Assembly (NCBI GenBank): GCA_951406725.2
Contig: OX597820.1
Span: 72,788,001-72,852,000, forward strand
Direction: 5' to 3'
DNA: 64,000 bases
From: Octopus vulgaris
Lineage: Eukaryota
Positions within the stretch are counted from its first letter, which is position 1. Each line of letters begins with the position of its first letter. The notes beneath the pieces are model-generated. The model saw nothing but the letters and a program-made list of their open reading frames with translations. It had not been told where the DNA came from and did not search any database. The position numbers were made by a program, and so were the translations under genes. Shown in pieces: positions 39,501-51,815 of the stretch.

Positions 39501-41120
39501 CTTGAGGAGACCTCAACACCAACATCAAAATAAAAATCAAATGGAAATTGTAGTTATGATATCCGTGCCAGTGACACATAAAAAGCACCATCCGAACGTG
39601 GCAGATGCCAGCGCTGCCTGACTGACGTCCATGTCAGTGACATGTAGAAGCACCAACCGATCATGGCCGTTTGCCAGCATCCTCTGGCCCCTGTGCCAGT
39701 GGCACAAAAAAAGCACCCTCTACACTCATGGAGTGGTTGGCATTAGGAATGGCATCCAGCTGAAGAAATACTGCCAGATCAGACTGGATCTTGGTGCAGC
39801 ATCCTGGCTTCCCAGACCCCAGTCGAACCGTCCAACCCATGCTAGAATTGAAAATGGACGCTAAACGATGATGATGATGATGATTATTAAAGGTGGCAAG
39901 TTGGCAGAATAATTAGCAAGCTGGATGAAATGCTTAGCGGCATTTTGTCCATCACCCCCTCCCACCGCCACCACCACCATTGTTATCCTCCTCCTCCTCC
40001 TCCTCATTATTATTATTATTATTATTGTTATTATTTACGGCCTTCCAGCAAATTTGTTGAACATTGTATGAGAGTGGCAAGTCTGAGTGAATGGCCCTAC
40101 ACTGAGAATGTAGGTGTAGACTGAAGAGAAGGCACTTCTTATGTTAGGGGTCAGAGTGATCATGGTTTTGAGGGGTTTTCCATTAGTAACCCTCAAAGGT
40201 CTTCCTCTTTTGGGGAATTATTCACTGTTGAAATTTATACATGCTGTTATTCCTCTTCCTACACACTCCTTTACATAATCCACCATTGAACCACCCTGTA
40301 CTGTTCCCAATGTTTTCATGAACTCTTCTTAGTGGTTACTGAAGAAAACATCATTGATATTGTGAATTCTATTTGGAAAGGAAAGTGAGAACTGAGAGGG
40401 ATGTGCTCCCTGCTTCCCAGTAAATTTCTTGAAAGGTGGGCGAATGTGGTAAGAGTGGCCCATGTGAATGAGCCCAAGTATCAATAACCTGAGGAGACAC
40501 GGAGAAGAGAGAGAAATTACCATGGTGCTCCCAGTGAGTAGAATGGCTTGAGATCTATGAGGTTCCATGATTGTCCCTGGGTGGCATTTCCAGCACACCC
40601 CTACCATGCTGATGGATAGTCATCTGGGATCTCAGGGGTCTAGAGATCAAATCCTGATCAATGTAAGCTGTGGTTTGCTGTCAATAAATAACTTTTTTAA
40701 GGCCCAGAGAAATGATTTGCCTGGGGGCTTCAATGAACTAGGGTAGTGGTTCTTAATCAGGATCCATATGACCCTTAGGGATTCCACATAAGATTTTTTT
40801 GTTTTGTTTGTTGAGACTTTTTTGCTGTTGGTTCAATGTTTACATGTTTTTATGTAAATTCATTTGTCTTTGTAATATCCTAAATGTTTTTTGCAGGCCC
40901 TGGTGAGCTGGCAGAACTGTTAGCATACCAGACAAATTACCTCATGACGATTCATCAGTTTTTATGTCCTGAGTTCAAATTCTGCTGAGGTCGACTTTCA
41001 CAGCTGATAAAATAAGTACCAGCTGAGCACTGGGGTCAATCTATTTGACTAGCCCTCGGCCCCAAAATTCAGGCCTTATACTTATAGTAAAAAGAACTTT
41101 ATTATTGCTACAATTATTAA

Positions 41121-41312
41121 CCCTTTCTTTACTGTATTTATTTTGAGATTCTCTGTGCTTCTTTCAATTACTTTAAATATAACAAAGAATTTAGTAAAAG
41201 ATAGTGTTAGGAACATAAATTGTGACTAAGGTTTGGTGGAAGATTTTTAATTCAAAACTTACGAAAACAAGACATTTGTACACTGGTGTCAGCTGGGTTG
41301 GTAACACAAGGG
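41121..41312. mobile_element. piggyBac-like MITE
   Basis: TTAA|CCCTTT..TTAC and GTAA..AAGGG|TTAA termini. Confidence 0.55.
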
Positions 41313-43547
41313 TTAAGGCCGTGAGCTGGCAGAATCGTTAGCATACCAGACAAACTGTTTGGCAGCATTTAGCCCATCTTTACATTCTGAGCTCCAATTC
41401 TGCCAAGTTCATCATTGCCTTTCATCCTTTCGGGGTTTATAAAATAAATACCAGTTGAGCCCTGGGGACAAGGTGATCAACTAACCCCCAGCCCAAAAGT
41501 TCAGGATTTAACTATTATCATTATTCCTACCATTATTATTATAACAGTTTAAGATGTTTATCAACATCATATTATCGCTATTTCAACATTGTTTTAACAT
41601 TTTTGTTTTGGTGAGGAGGCTTTGAGTAGTGGTGGTGGTGGTGGTATGAACTGTGCAGAATTCTATAAAAATTAATGAACATTTGGTGTTTTTGAAATTT
41701 TTTTCCTCTTGAATTCTTTGTGTAAATGTTTTAAATGCTGGTCGACCTTTGTCAAACATTGAACAATGGACTGTAAGCGGAACCTAGCTTTAAATTCCTT
41801 GATCGACTGACGTAAGTAAAAGAATGTACCTTTGCCCTGTTATTCCATGTATCCTTACATCAGCAATGTCCTTGGGGAAAAACCAAAAACAACGAAATGT
41901 AATGCAAAAAAAAAGAACGGAAAGAAAGAAAGAAATGTATGAATGTCACACAATCACATCCCAACCTCATACGTAAAACTTTTTGTTTACGTAACTACTA
42001 CTACTACTAGGATCACCACTGCCACTGCTGCCATTGTTGCTACCCCCACCCTACCACCGTTACTACTGCTGCTGCTGCATCTATTGTTGTTTTTGATATT
42101 ATTACAACAGAGTGATGGCAAGGCAAACTTTGTGAAGTTGTGAGTTCAAATAGCTCCAGAGACAACTTTGTCTTTCACCCTTCCAGGGATCAATAATGTA
42201 AGACCAAATCAAACACCAGATCAATATAATTGTTGCTTCTCTCCAGATTCCTGGTCTCTCTAAAATAGAAATCATAGTATCATCAGGTAAGGTCATGTGG
42301 TCAAGAGGTAAGGAAGAGCATTCTGCTCACAAACATGGTGCTGTGGGTTCAATTCCTATCATATGCAGTGAATTGTGTTCTAAAGCAAAGTATTTCATTT
42401 CACATTGTTTATGTCTTTACTTAGGACTTAGGTTTATCATGAGCTCCAGGACTCATAAGGGTCAGGACTTAACCCAGTTTGCATGCTGTATAAGGGACTT
42501 AGATTACAGCATTCCCCCAGGTTGAATGGGATGCAAGTCCCCTACTGGGTTAACCGCTCTGCTATTGTTGGAATTCATTTACAGCTGAGTGGGGTGGAAA
42601 CAAAGTGCTTTAGTCAAGAATGACTGCCCAGTCCATGGATTGAAACTGTGGTCTTACAGTCATGAGTGCAACACCTTAACCAATAGGCCATGTACATTCA
42701 CAGTTCCTGTTTACTCAACTCCAAATAAGTGCCAACCAATTGCTGGTGTAAACCCTCTCTCCTCTACCTGTCACATTCTGTAGTCAAGGCGAGAGGAGTG
42801 GAGGATGAGAGGAGCAGGAGATGAGGGTGGGGGAAACGATGTAGGGTTTTCATGTTTGCTCATGCATAGACAGGACCCCCTAAAACAAACATAAAAAAAG
42901 GTATCTGTTACCGAACTACATGCACTCATGAGTGATGGCTGGTTGTATCAGGCTGATGGATAGTTATCTGGGATCTCAGGGGTCTAGGGATCAAATCCTG
43001 ATTCATGTAAGCTGTGGTTTGCTGTCAATAAATAACTTTTTTAGGGCCAGGTGAAATGATTTACCTGGGAGCTTCAATGAACTAGGGTAGTGGTTCGTAA
43101 CTGGGGTCCATATGACCCTTAGGGATTCCACATTAGATTTTGTTGTTATAATTTATGTACAATAAATGGTTTACACTTTTACAATACACAAAATATTTTA
43201 GCAATTTTTTATATCCAGTTTCAAATAATATTTAATTATATAAAAATATGATAACAGGATTTTTTAAACATCAAAGGGTTATGTGGCTCCACCTGAATAA
43301 AATAAAAATTAAAGGGGTTCATATGTGGAAAATGGTTGAGAACCATTGATTAAGGGTAATAATTCTGATTTAATTCGGATTGCTATTAGTAAATAACTTC
43401 TATAGGGCCTAATGCATTGATTTACCTAAGGGATTCAATGTTCTATGGACCCAATTCTGATTTATGTATATTGTCATTTGCTGTTGATAAATAACTTCTT
43501 TATAGCCCAATGCATTGATTTACCCATGTTCTAGGGGGCCAGTTCTT

Positions 43548-43775
43548 ATTTCTTTATTGCCCACAAGGGGCTAAACATAGAGGGGACAAACAAAGACAGA
43601 CAAAGGAATTAAGTCGATTACATCGACCCCAATGCGTAACTGGTACTTAATTTATTGGCCCCGAAAGGATGAAAGGCAAGTCGACCTCAGCGGATTTGAA
43701 CTCAGAACGTAATGGCAGACGAAATACCACTAAGCATTTTGCCTGGTGTGCTAACGTTTCTGCCAGCTCGCCGCC
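43548..43775 (-). mobile_element. SINE family B, full length (type-1 tail)
   Basis: Complete from GGCGGCGAGCTGGCAGAAACG to GTGGGCAATAAAGAAAT on the minus strand. Confidence 0.9.
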
Positions 43776-44872
43776 TAATCAGTAAATAACTTCTATAGGC
43801 CCCAATGCATTGATTTACCTAAGGGACTCAATGCTGTATGGACCCAATTCTGATTTATGTATGTTATGGTTTGCTGTTGATAAATAACTTCTTTAAGGCC
43901 CAATGCATTGGTTTACCTGAGGGTTTCAATGGTCTAGAGTAAAACTTAATAACATATCCTTTTGTCATTTATCTTCTACTTGTTTCAGTCATTCGAATGT
44001 GGCCATGCTGGAGCACCACGTTGAAAAATTTTAGTTGGATCACTCGACCCCACTATTTATATCTTTTTAAGCCTGGTACTCATTTTCTTGGTCTCCTTTG
44101 CCATGCTGTTAAGTTACAGGGATGTAAACAAACCAACACCACCAGTAGTTGGGGACAAACACAGACCTCACTTGGAAACAGGTGAGGGTCAGTGACAGGA
44201 AAGGCATCCAGCCATAGAAAAATCTGTCTCAACAAATTCCGTCCAACCCATGCAAGCATGGAAAAGTGAATGTTAAAACAAAGATGAAGGTATTTCGTTT
44301 GATCTGCTAATAACTTTTCCAATTCGCCACAATATCATGATAATTCAACTATTATTTGTTTTTAATCTGGTTATACACAGTGAAAATCAAAGATTAAATC
44401 TGATTGAAGTCGCTTTATGTATAGCATAATAGTGTAAAGTTTATGTGTTTGTACTTCAGCACGGTTGCACATTTTGCAACAATGCCAACACAGAGCTCTG
44501 ATTTCTTGATAGGAAAAATAATTCTGGCTTTTTTTTTAACTGGTTTTCCTTTATAGGCACAGGGTTAGATGTTTGAGTAAGTGGGTGGGATGTGGTCAAC
44601 TGAAAGAAACCAGTTCTTAATAGGTAGGAGGCTGTTTCCAAACCATGTGGTCTTTGGTTCAGTCACACAAGCACAACTTCTTGGACAGGTGCCTTCTAAA
44701 ATGGCCCGGGACACCAACCAAACCCTTGTTGGGAGACTTGGTAGAAGAAAACTAAAAGAGGCTCATTGTGTGTGTGTGTGTATATATATATGATCGCCAT
44801 GTTGATTCGTTAGCTACTGCACGCATTTTTTTTCTCTCCTTCTTTCTGTGTTTGTTTTTTTCTCTCTGTGTA

Positions 44873-44910
44873 TCTTTCTGTTGAAGAGCGTAGGCTCAAA
44901 ACGTTAAAGA
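44873..44910 (+). ncRNA. Minimal hammerhead-like motif, A6U family (this copy also G12A); host repeat ~44790-45010
   Basis: TCTTT-CTGTTGA-A-GAGC(GTAG)GCTC-AAAA-CG-TT-AAAGA; paralogues 2-30, 32267-32305(-), 46576-46613. Confidence 0.5.
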
Positions 44911-45008
44911 CTTGTTTTATTTATATTTCCGGAGCACCATACTAATACAATTGTTCGTTTGTTTTCCACCTGCCTTCGTCTTTTGTCTATTTTCATAAAG
45001 CTTCCCGT

Positions 45009-45054
<46 letters not shown>

Positions 45055-45116
45055 TACATAGATAGATAGATACATACATACACATATAAATACACAGATT
45101 GAGATATATATATATT

Positions 45117-45527
45117 CTTTTACTCTTTTACTCTTTTACTTGTTTCAGTCCTTTGACTGTGGCTATGCTGGAGCACCGCCTTGAGTCGAGCAAATCGACC
45201 CCAGGACTTATTCTTTGTAAGCCTAGTACTTATTCTATCAGTCCCTTTTGCCGAACCGCTAAGTGACGGGGACGTAAACACACCAGCATCAGTTGTCAAG
45301 CAATGCTAAGGGGACAAACACAGACACACAAACATACACACACACATATATATATACATATATACGACGGGCTTCTTTCAGTTTCCGTCTACCAAATCCA
45401 CTCACAAGGCTTTGGTCGGCCTGAGGCTATAGTAGAAGACACTTGCCCAAGATGCCACACAGTGGGACTGAACCTGGAACCATGTGGTTGGTAAGCAAGC
45501 TACTTACCACACAGCCACTCCTTCGCC
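45117..45527 (-). mobile_element. SINE family A, full length
   Basis: Matches 9305-9715. Confidence 0.9.
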
Positions 45528-45528
45528 T

Positions 45529-45637
<109 letters not shown>

Positions 45638-45693
45638 TATATATATATATATATATATTGAGTTATATATTGCAACCTTTTCAATAGTCAAGA

Positions 45694-45730
45694 CTACTGA
45701 AAAGGTTGCAAGATGCAATGAAAATTTTAG
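45694..45730 (+). ncRNA. Minimal hammerhead motif, U3-A8 family; host repeat ~45670-45890
   Basis: CTA-CTGAAAA-G-GTTGC(AAGAT)GCAAT-GAAA-AT-TT-TAG; the adjacent inverted arm preserves TTGAAAA. Confidence 0.5.
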
Positions 45731-45955
45731 CAAAATGAAAATAAGAAATAAGTAGAAATTTTACCGGTCAGTGTGTTAAATTATAAGGTACAAAAAGAAA
45801 ATGACTCTCCCCAGACACAACAGAATATGCTTCAATGCACAAACTCATGTAAAGAATCTTGCAAACCAAATCCAAAAACGAAACTCTATACATACACACA
45901 CGCATTATATATATATATATATATATATATAAATATATACATACACACACACACA

Positions 45956-46024
<69 letters not shown>

Positions 46025-46961
46025 CATACATATATATATATATATAATTGGAGGCACAATGGCTCAGCGGTGAGGGCAGGAGACTTGCAGTCATGGGATA
46101 ACGGTTTCAATTCCCAAACCGGGCGTTGTGAGTATTTATTGAGGGAAAACACTTAAAGCTCTCCAAGGCTCCACCAAGGAGTGGTGGTGAACCCTGCTGT
46201 ACTCTATCATCACCACTTTCTCTCACTCTTTTTTCCTGTTTCTGTTGTACCTGTATTTCAAAGGGCCAGCCTTGTCACACTCTGTGTCATGCTGAATCTC
46301 CCCAAGAACTACATTAAGGGCACACATATCTATGGAGAGCTCAGCCACTTGTATGTTAACTTCCCAAGCAGGCTGTTTCATTGATCAGATCAACTGGAAC
46401 CCTCATTGTCATAACTGATGGAGTTCTACGACAACAATGTGTGTGTGTCTGTTTATATATACATATACATATCACCCATGTCTCCAAACACTCCCTTCAT
46501 TCCAGTCAATTCAAAATGTGAGGCCATCAATCCTGACACATTTTTTTCCCTCTCCATCGGTTTCCTTTCCTCATTTCTTTCTGTAGAAGAGCATAGGCAT
46601 GAAACATCAAAGATTTCTTCTATTTTTCCTGAGCGTCAAACTGATGCACCTTCTTTGTTGTTCCCCCCCCTGTCTCCATCTATATCCTTTGCTTTTTATT
46701 TTTTGTGTAATTTTGAACCATCTATCTACCTATCTATCTATATGTCTGTCTGTCTATCTATCTATCTATCTATCTACTGTGAAATATATATATATACCCC
46801 CTGTCTGGTTCCCGTGCCAGTAGCATGTAAAAAGCACCATCCAAACGTGGCGGATGCCAGTACACCCTGACTGGCCCCCATGCCAGCATGGAAAATGGAC
46901 ATTAAACTGATGATATGATGATGATGATATATACATGTATGTATGTATGTATGTATGTATT

Positions 46962-47001
<40 letters not shown>

Positions 47002-47770
47002 CACACACACATATATGATAGGCTTAAAAACCAAATCGACTGACAAGACTTTGGTGAACCTGCAACTAAGGCAAGAGACTTGGCCAAGATGCCATGCACT
47101 GGTACTGAACCGAAAACCAGTGCATGGGAAGCAGACTGCTGAACCACATCACCCCCAACAGCCATGCCTTCACCTATCAAAAGGATTTACATAACTGTCT
47201 TTGAATAACAGAATAAAATTCCTCAAACGATACCACATCCAAACAATACCTTAATAACACATAACTTCATAGAACTCTCAGTAGATACAAATAGTACATA
47301 ATGCTCTATTGTAATGTACGAAATAGTATCTAGTGTCCATTGATGCAACAGTATAATGCTCCCTATGAGGCACAATGCCAATTGTTAAAGCTGGGATATT
47401 AAGTTGACAAGACTGACATTAGTATAATAATAATTTCGATATCATTTCAAAGTTATTCAGTTATAAAAGTTCGGTGTTATGCTAGATCAACTCAGTTCAT
47501 TAGCTTTTGTGTGAATTAAACTATGGTTTTCTTGCTAGAGATTAATAATGATTTCGTAATTAACCGGAAGGGGGATAGCTAATTTAAGTCACCCATGCAT
47601 ACTGTTTGTTCAAGATTAATAACGATTTCTTAATTAAACAGATGGGGCATGGTTAATTTGAAGAAATCAAGCATATTGTAGGTAATAATGTGTATATTAT
47701 TTTCGAGTTTTATGAATGTCCTTGGCTGAAATGTACATACATACATACATATACATACATATACATACAA

Positions 47771-47856
<86 letters not shown>

Positions 47857-47996
47857 ACAGGCATGCATACATACATTCATGCGTGTGTATATATATATAC
47901 ACACACATATATACATATGCATGCATATATATATATATATATATATACATATATGCACATATGTTCATAGAATATATATATATGCATGTATCTATG

Positions 47997-48033
<37 letters not shown>

Positions 48034-48413
48034 TATATGCACCTATGTATGCACATACATACATATCTATCTATCTACCTATCTATCTATCTATCTATCT
48101 ATCTATCTCTTTCTCAATATATATATATACACGCACATACATAAATATATATATACATACATGTATATACACATATGTATATTTTACAAACACACACAAA
48201 CACAAATGCACACATATATACATACACATATATACATGTTTATATCATTACATATGCATATGTGTGTGTGTGTATACATACGCACACGCATACATGTACA
48301 CACACACATATATACACACACACATACATACACACATACATAAATGCATACATGCATGCATACATACATACATACATACATACATACATACACACACATA
48401 TATTTACTTAAGA

Positions 48414-49496
48414 ACAGGGTGTTTTGGGCTAAATTTAACAATTTACATGAAAGGAAACGAAAACACAATACCTCATCCAAAAAAAGAAAAGTATTAAAAA
48501 GATAAAAGAATTTGAAGTAGATTATGGCTGAGAGATAACAGTTTACCCAAAGTAGCCACCCTCAGCCCTCACCATGGCTTCCGAAACCTGGTGTATGCAT
48601 TCATCATGATATCTCTGTGAAAATCTTCAAACACCCCTTTGATCTTGGTGTCTTTCTTAGTCATGCCCTACATATGGTAATCCTTGGAATTACAAGTAGA
48701 CAGATTTTAGGAGGCCAGAAATTGGGGCTGGTGACGTTGTAGAAATTCTCTGACAACTACTTCTGATTCTTTGTGGAGGTATGCAAGGAGCTGAATCCTG
48801 CTACCACACACATATGACATTCCAACAGTAACCCTCTCCAGCTAGGGTTTGACCATAGTCTCTAGAAGCTTCTCATACCTGTCTGAACTGAGCCTTAGGC
48901 CCTGTTCACTGATGCGGGACAATATGATGTCACCCTCACTGGAGACACACCCAAAGGACCATCACAGTTTGAAGAAACTTACGAGTTTTCATGATACTCA
49001 TGTCATGTCTTACAGTCTTTACATTGATCACATTGAGCAGCAATCATGATGTCAGCATTTTGATGCTCAGTGGGAATCATCTGATGATACTGGTAATTCT
49101 TTTCCAATGTCCAGATGGTTTCAAGTCCTCCAACGATTTCATCTCAATCGAAGGAGAGGGGCTTTCTCCGTCCGGTTTGCAGATCCGTGGAATAAGCTGC
49201 TGGACGGGATAGTGAAGATGCCAACGACCGCTCGGTTCAAAGTCTCTCTTGACCACAAATGGCCTGAACTCTTTGCATGAACACCCTCCCTGTACATAAC
49301 TCCATGTTCCCCTACATGGCCTTGCTTTTTGCTTTTTGATCCCAAAAATTAACTTAACTATGTCAGCTGACTTTTTTTCAAAACACAGTTTTAAGCCTTA
49401 TGCTCTCCAACGCCTTTGACTGTTCACCAATACATCAAGCTGTTGCTGAAAAAAAGGAGACATACAAGAAACGATCAAGTTTCACCTGAACACCTG
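48414..49496 (-). mobile_element. Degenerate maT/DD37D-like transposon
   Basis: CAGG(G)TGTT termini; minus-strand remnants QDSAPC and ENFYNVTSPNFWPP. Confidence 0.6.
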
Positions 49497-49860
49497 TGTG
49501 TGTGTGTGTGTGTGTGTGTAAGCATTTCTATCTATTTATCCAAATTGATAGAAAGACAGATAGACAGACAGACAGACAGATACACACACACACACACATA
49601 TAGATATATTTATATACTTATGGGTTTAGCTATTAAAAATATTTTTAAGAGGTCTTGGGCCAACAAGTTTTTGGGATTGAGCAATACGCCATAAAGCTAA
49701 ACCCTTTATGGACAGGACACCTAAGGTAATCCCATAAACCTGCCTCCCTATTTTTAATATATATTCTGCTCTACATCCTTAAAGTGTGCTTCTTCTTTTG
49801 CATTTATGTTTTCTAGAAACGGTATATATATAAACATATATATCATTATTATTGTTGTTG

Positions 49861-49918
<58 letters not shown>

Positions 49919-49920
<2 letters not shown>

Positions 49921-50368
49921 TATGTTTGACTTTTGCTTTATGTCTGTACAAGTTGGTTCCAAGTCTCACCCAGAGACCTCAAGAGACAACAGGTTGGAAG
50001 TTCTGTGCCATATATTTGGGGTTTTTTTTTTTTTTTTGGTGTTGTACTAGTGAATGTCTAATACATAAAAAAAAGTTTGTTTTAAACCTTGGGATTACAT
50101 AGAGAGTATTTTGCGTAGGATATGAGCAGTTCCCATGGGCACTATCTTTTGAATTTCTGCCATTTTGGGGTTTCCTGGTATCTGAGTTAGGTAGCAATCA
50201 GTCCCTTTTGCTATCATTCCCAGGGCACCTATGACAACAGGTATTGTTTTAGTCTTCAGCTTCCACATTTTGCTGATTTCTATTTCAAGATCTTTATATT
50301 TGCTCAGTTTTTGGTAGGTCTTGACAGATACGTTTATATCGATTGGGACAGTCATATCAATGAGGAGG

Positions 50369-50370
<2 letters not shown>
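49919..50370 (-). mobile_element. R4/Dong-like 3' fragment in (TAA)n
   Basis: KLSKYKDLEIEISKMWKLKTKTIPVVIGALG..QKIVPMGTAHILRKILS*. Confidence 0.85.
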
Positions 50371-50401
<31 letters not shown>

Positions 50402-50568
50402 CATTATTATTATTATTAGAAGCAATAAAGAAGAGTGTGACTGTTATCAAATGAATGACATTTCGACATCTCCTGTGTCTTCCACAGGTTTAAAAATAAA
50501 CTTGATAACAGTTGCACCCTTCTTTGTTGCTTCTTTACTTTCTGGAGGAGTAACCTCAATCCTATAAA

Positions 50569-50620
<52 letters not shown>

Positions 50621-50622
<2 letters not shown>

Positions 50623-51104
50623 ATAGTTTTATTTTTAATGCATGATTTCACTGCACTACCGAGCTCTGTGTGCCTTGGATATGTGCTGTGGTTTGTTGTG
50701 ATGCTCTTATTTTTACTGTATTGAAAGTGTTTAACGTAGGATGTGTGCGGTACCTAGTAATGCTGTTTTTGTTATGTATCTGTCTGAATGTTGGTTTTTT
50801 TTTGTTTTTTTATCATACCTAATGCACACACTGTAATATGAAATTATTTCTCTGGGAAGCCAGAGACAACATGATTTATTGTTTCTTCTTTGTCACCACA
50901 TATTCTGCAGTTACTTGTCGGATTTTTTTTTTTTTATGATTTCTGGTGAGAAGGCTTTGATCTTGTGCTGCAATTAAAAATCCTTCAGTTTCTTCTTTGA
51001 GTCCTGAGCTTCTGAGCCACTTTTGAGATTTTGTGCTTTGTCCATTTTTTTTTCCTGTTTAGCTTAACCCAATATATACCATGTAAGGGCTTTTCTTGCC
51101 ATCA

Positions 51105-51105
<1 letters not shown>
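50621..51105 (-). mobile_element. R4/Dong-like fragment with zinc knuckle, internally deleted, in (TAA)n
   Basis: QKWLRSSGLKEETEGFLIAAQDQSL and CRICGDKEETINHVVSG. Confidence 0.8.
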
Positions 51106-51135
<30 letters not shown>

Positions 51136-51138
<3 letters not shown>

Positions 51139-51511
51139 TAGTTTTATTTTTATAGCGTGCTTTCACTTCACTACCAAGCGCAGCTCTGTGTGCCTTAGGT
51201 ATGTGCTGTGATTTGTTGTGATGCTCTGATGGTTATTGTATGGAAAGTGTTCTGCGTAGGATGTGTGCAGTGCCTAGTAGTGCAATTTTCTGTATGTTAT
51301 ATGTGTTTGTAAGTCCTGGTGTTTTTGTTATGTATTTGTCTGAATATTTTTTTATCATGCCTAATGCACCTACTATGATAGGAATTGTTTCTGTTTTCAG
51401 ATTCCACATTCTAGTTACCTCTATTTCCAGGTCTTTGTATTTTGAGAGTTTCTCCATTTCTTTTAGATACATCAATTAGAAAGCATTTTTTTTCTTCATG
51501 ATCTCTGACAA
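51136..51511 (-). mobile_element. R4/Dong-like 3' fragment in (TAA)n
   Basis: EKLSKYKDLEIEVTRMWNLKTETIPIIVGALG..QKIALLGTAHILRRTLS. Confidence 0.85.
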
Positions 51512-51512
51512 C

Positions 51513-51554
<42 letters not shown>

Positions 51555-51661
51555 GCTTAGAACTCAATATATATATGCTTCAGAAAAAAGTGTTAGTCGA
51601 GCACCGAGTAAGAAATTAAATAAATGACAAGAGAATAAGAAATTATATCATGAACTTCACT

Positions 51662-51722
51662 AGCTTACAGCTGTTTCCACTATAAAATGCAATGCACTCA
51701 TAACTATAGCTTCATCAGAGCT
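51662..51722 (-). ncRNA. Minimal hammerhead motif (partly decayed stem II)
   Basis: AGCT-CTGATGA-A-GCTATAG..TTATAGT-G-GAAA-CAGCTG-TA-AGCT. Confidence 0.55.
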
Positions 51723-51766
51723 TCAAACATGAAGTGCAGTTTTATTTGGGAAAGCATTTACATACG

Positions 51767-51808
<42 letters not shown>

Positions 51809-51815
51809 CATATAT

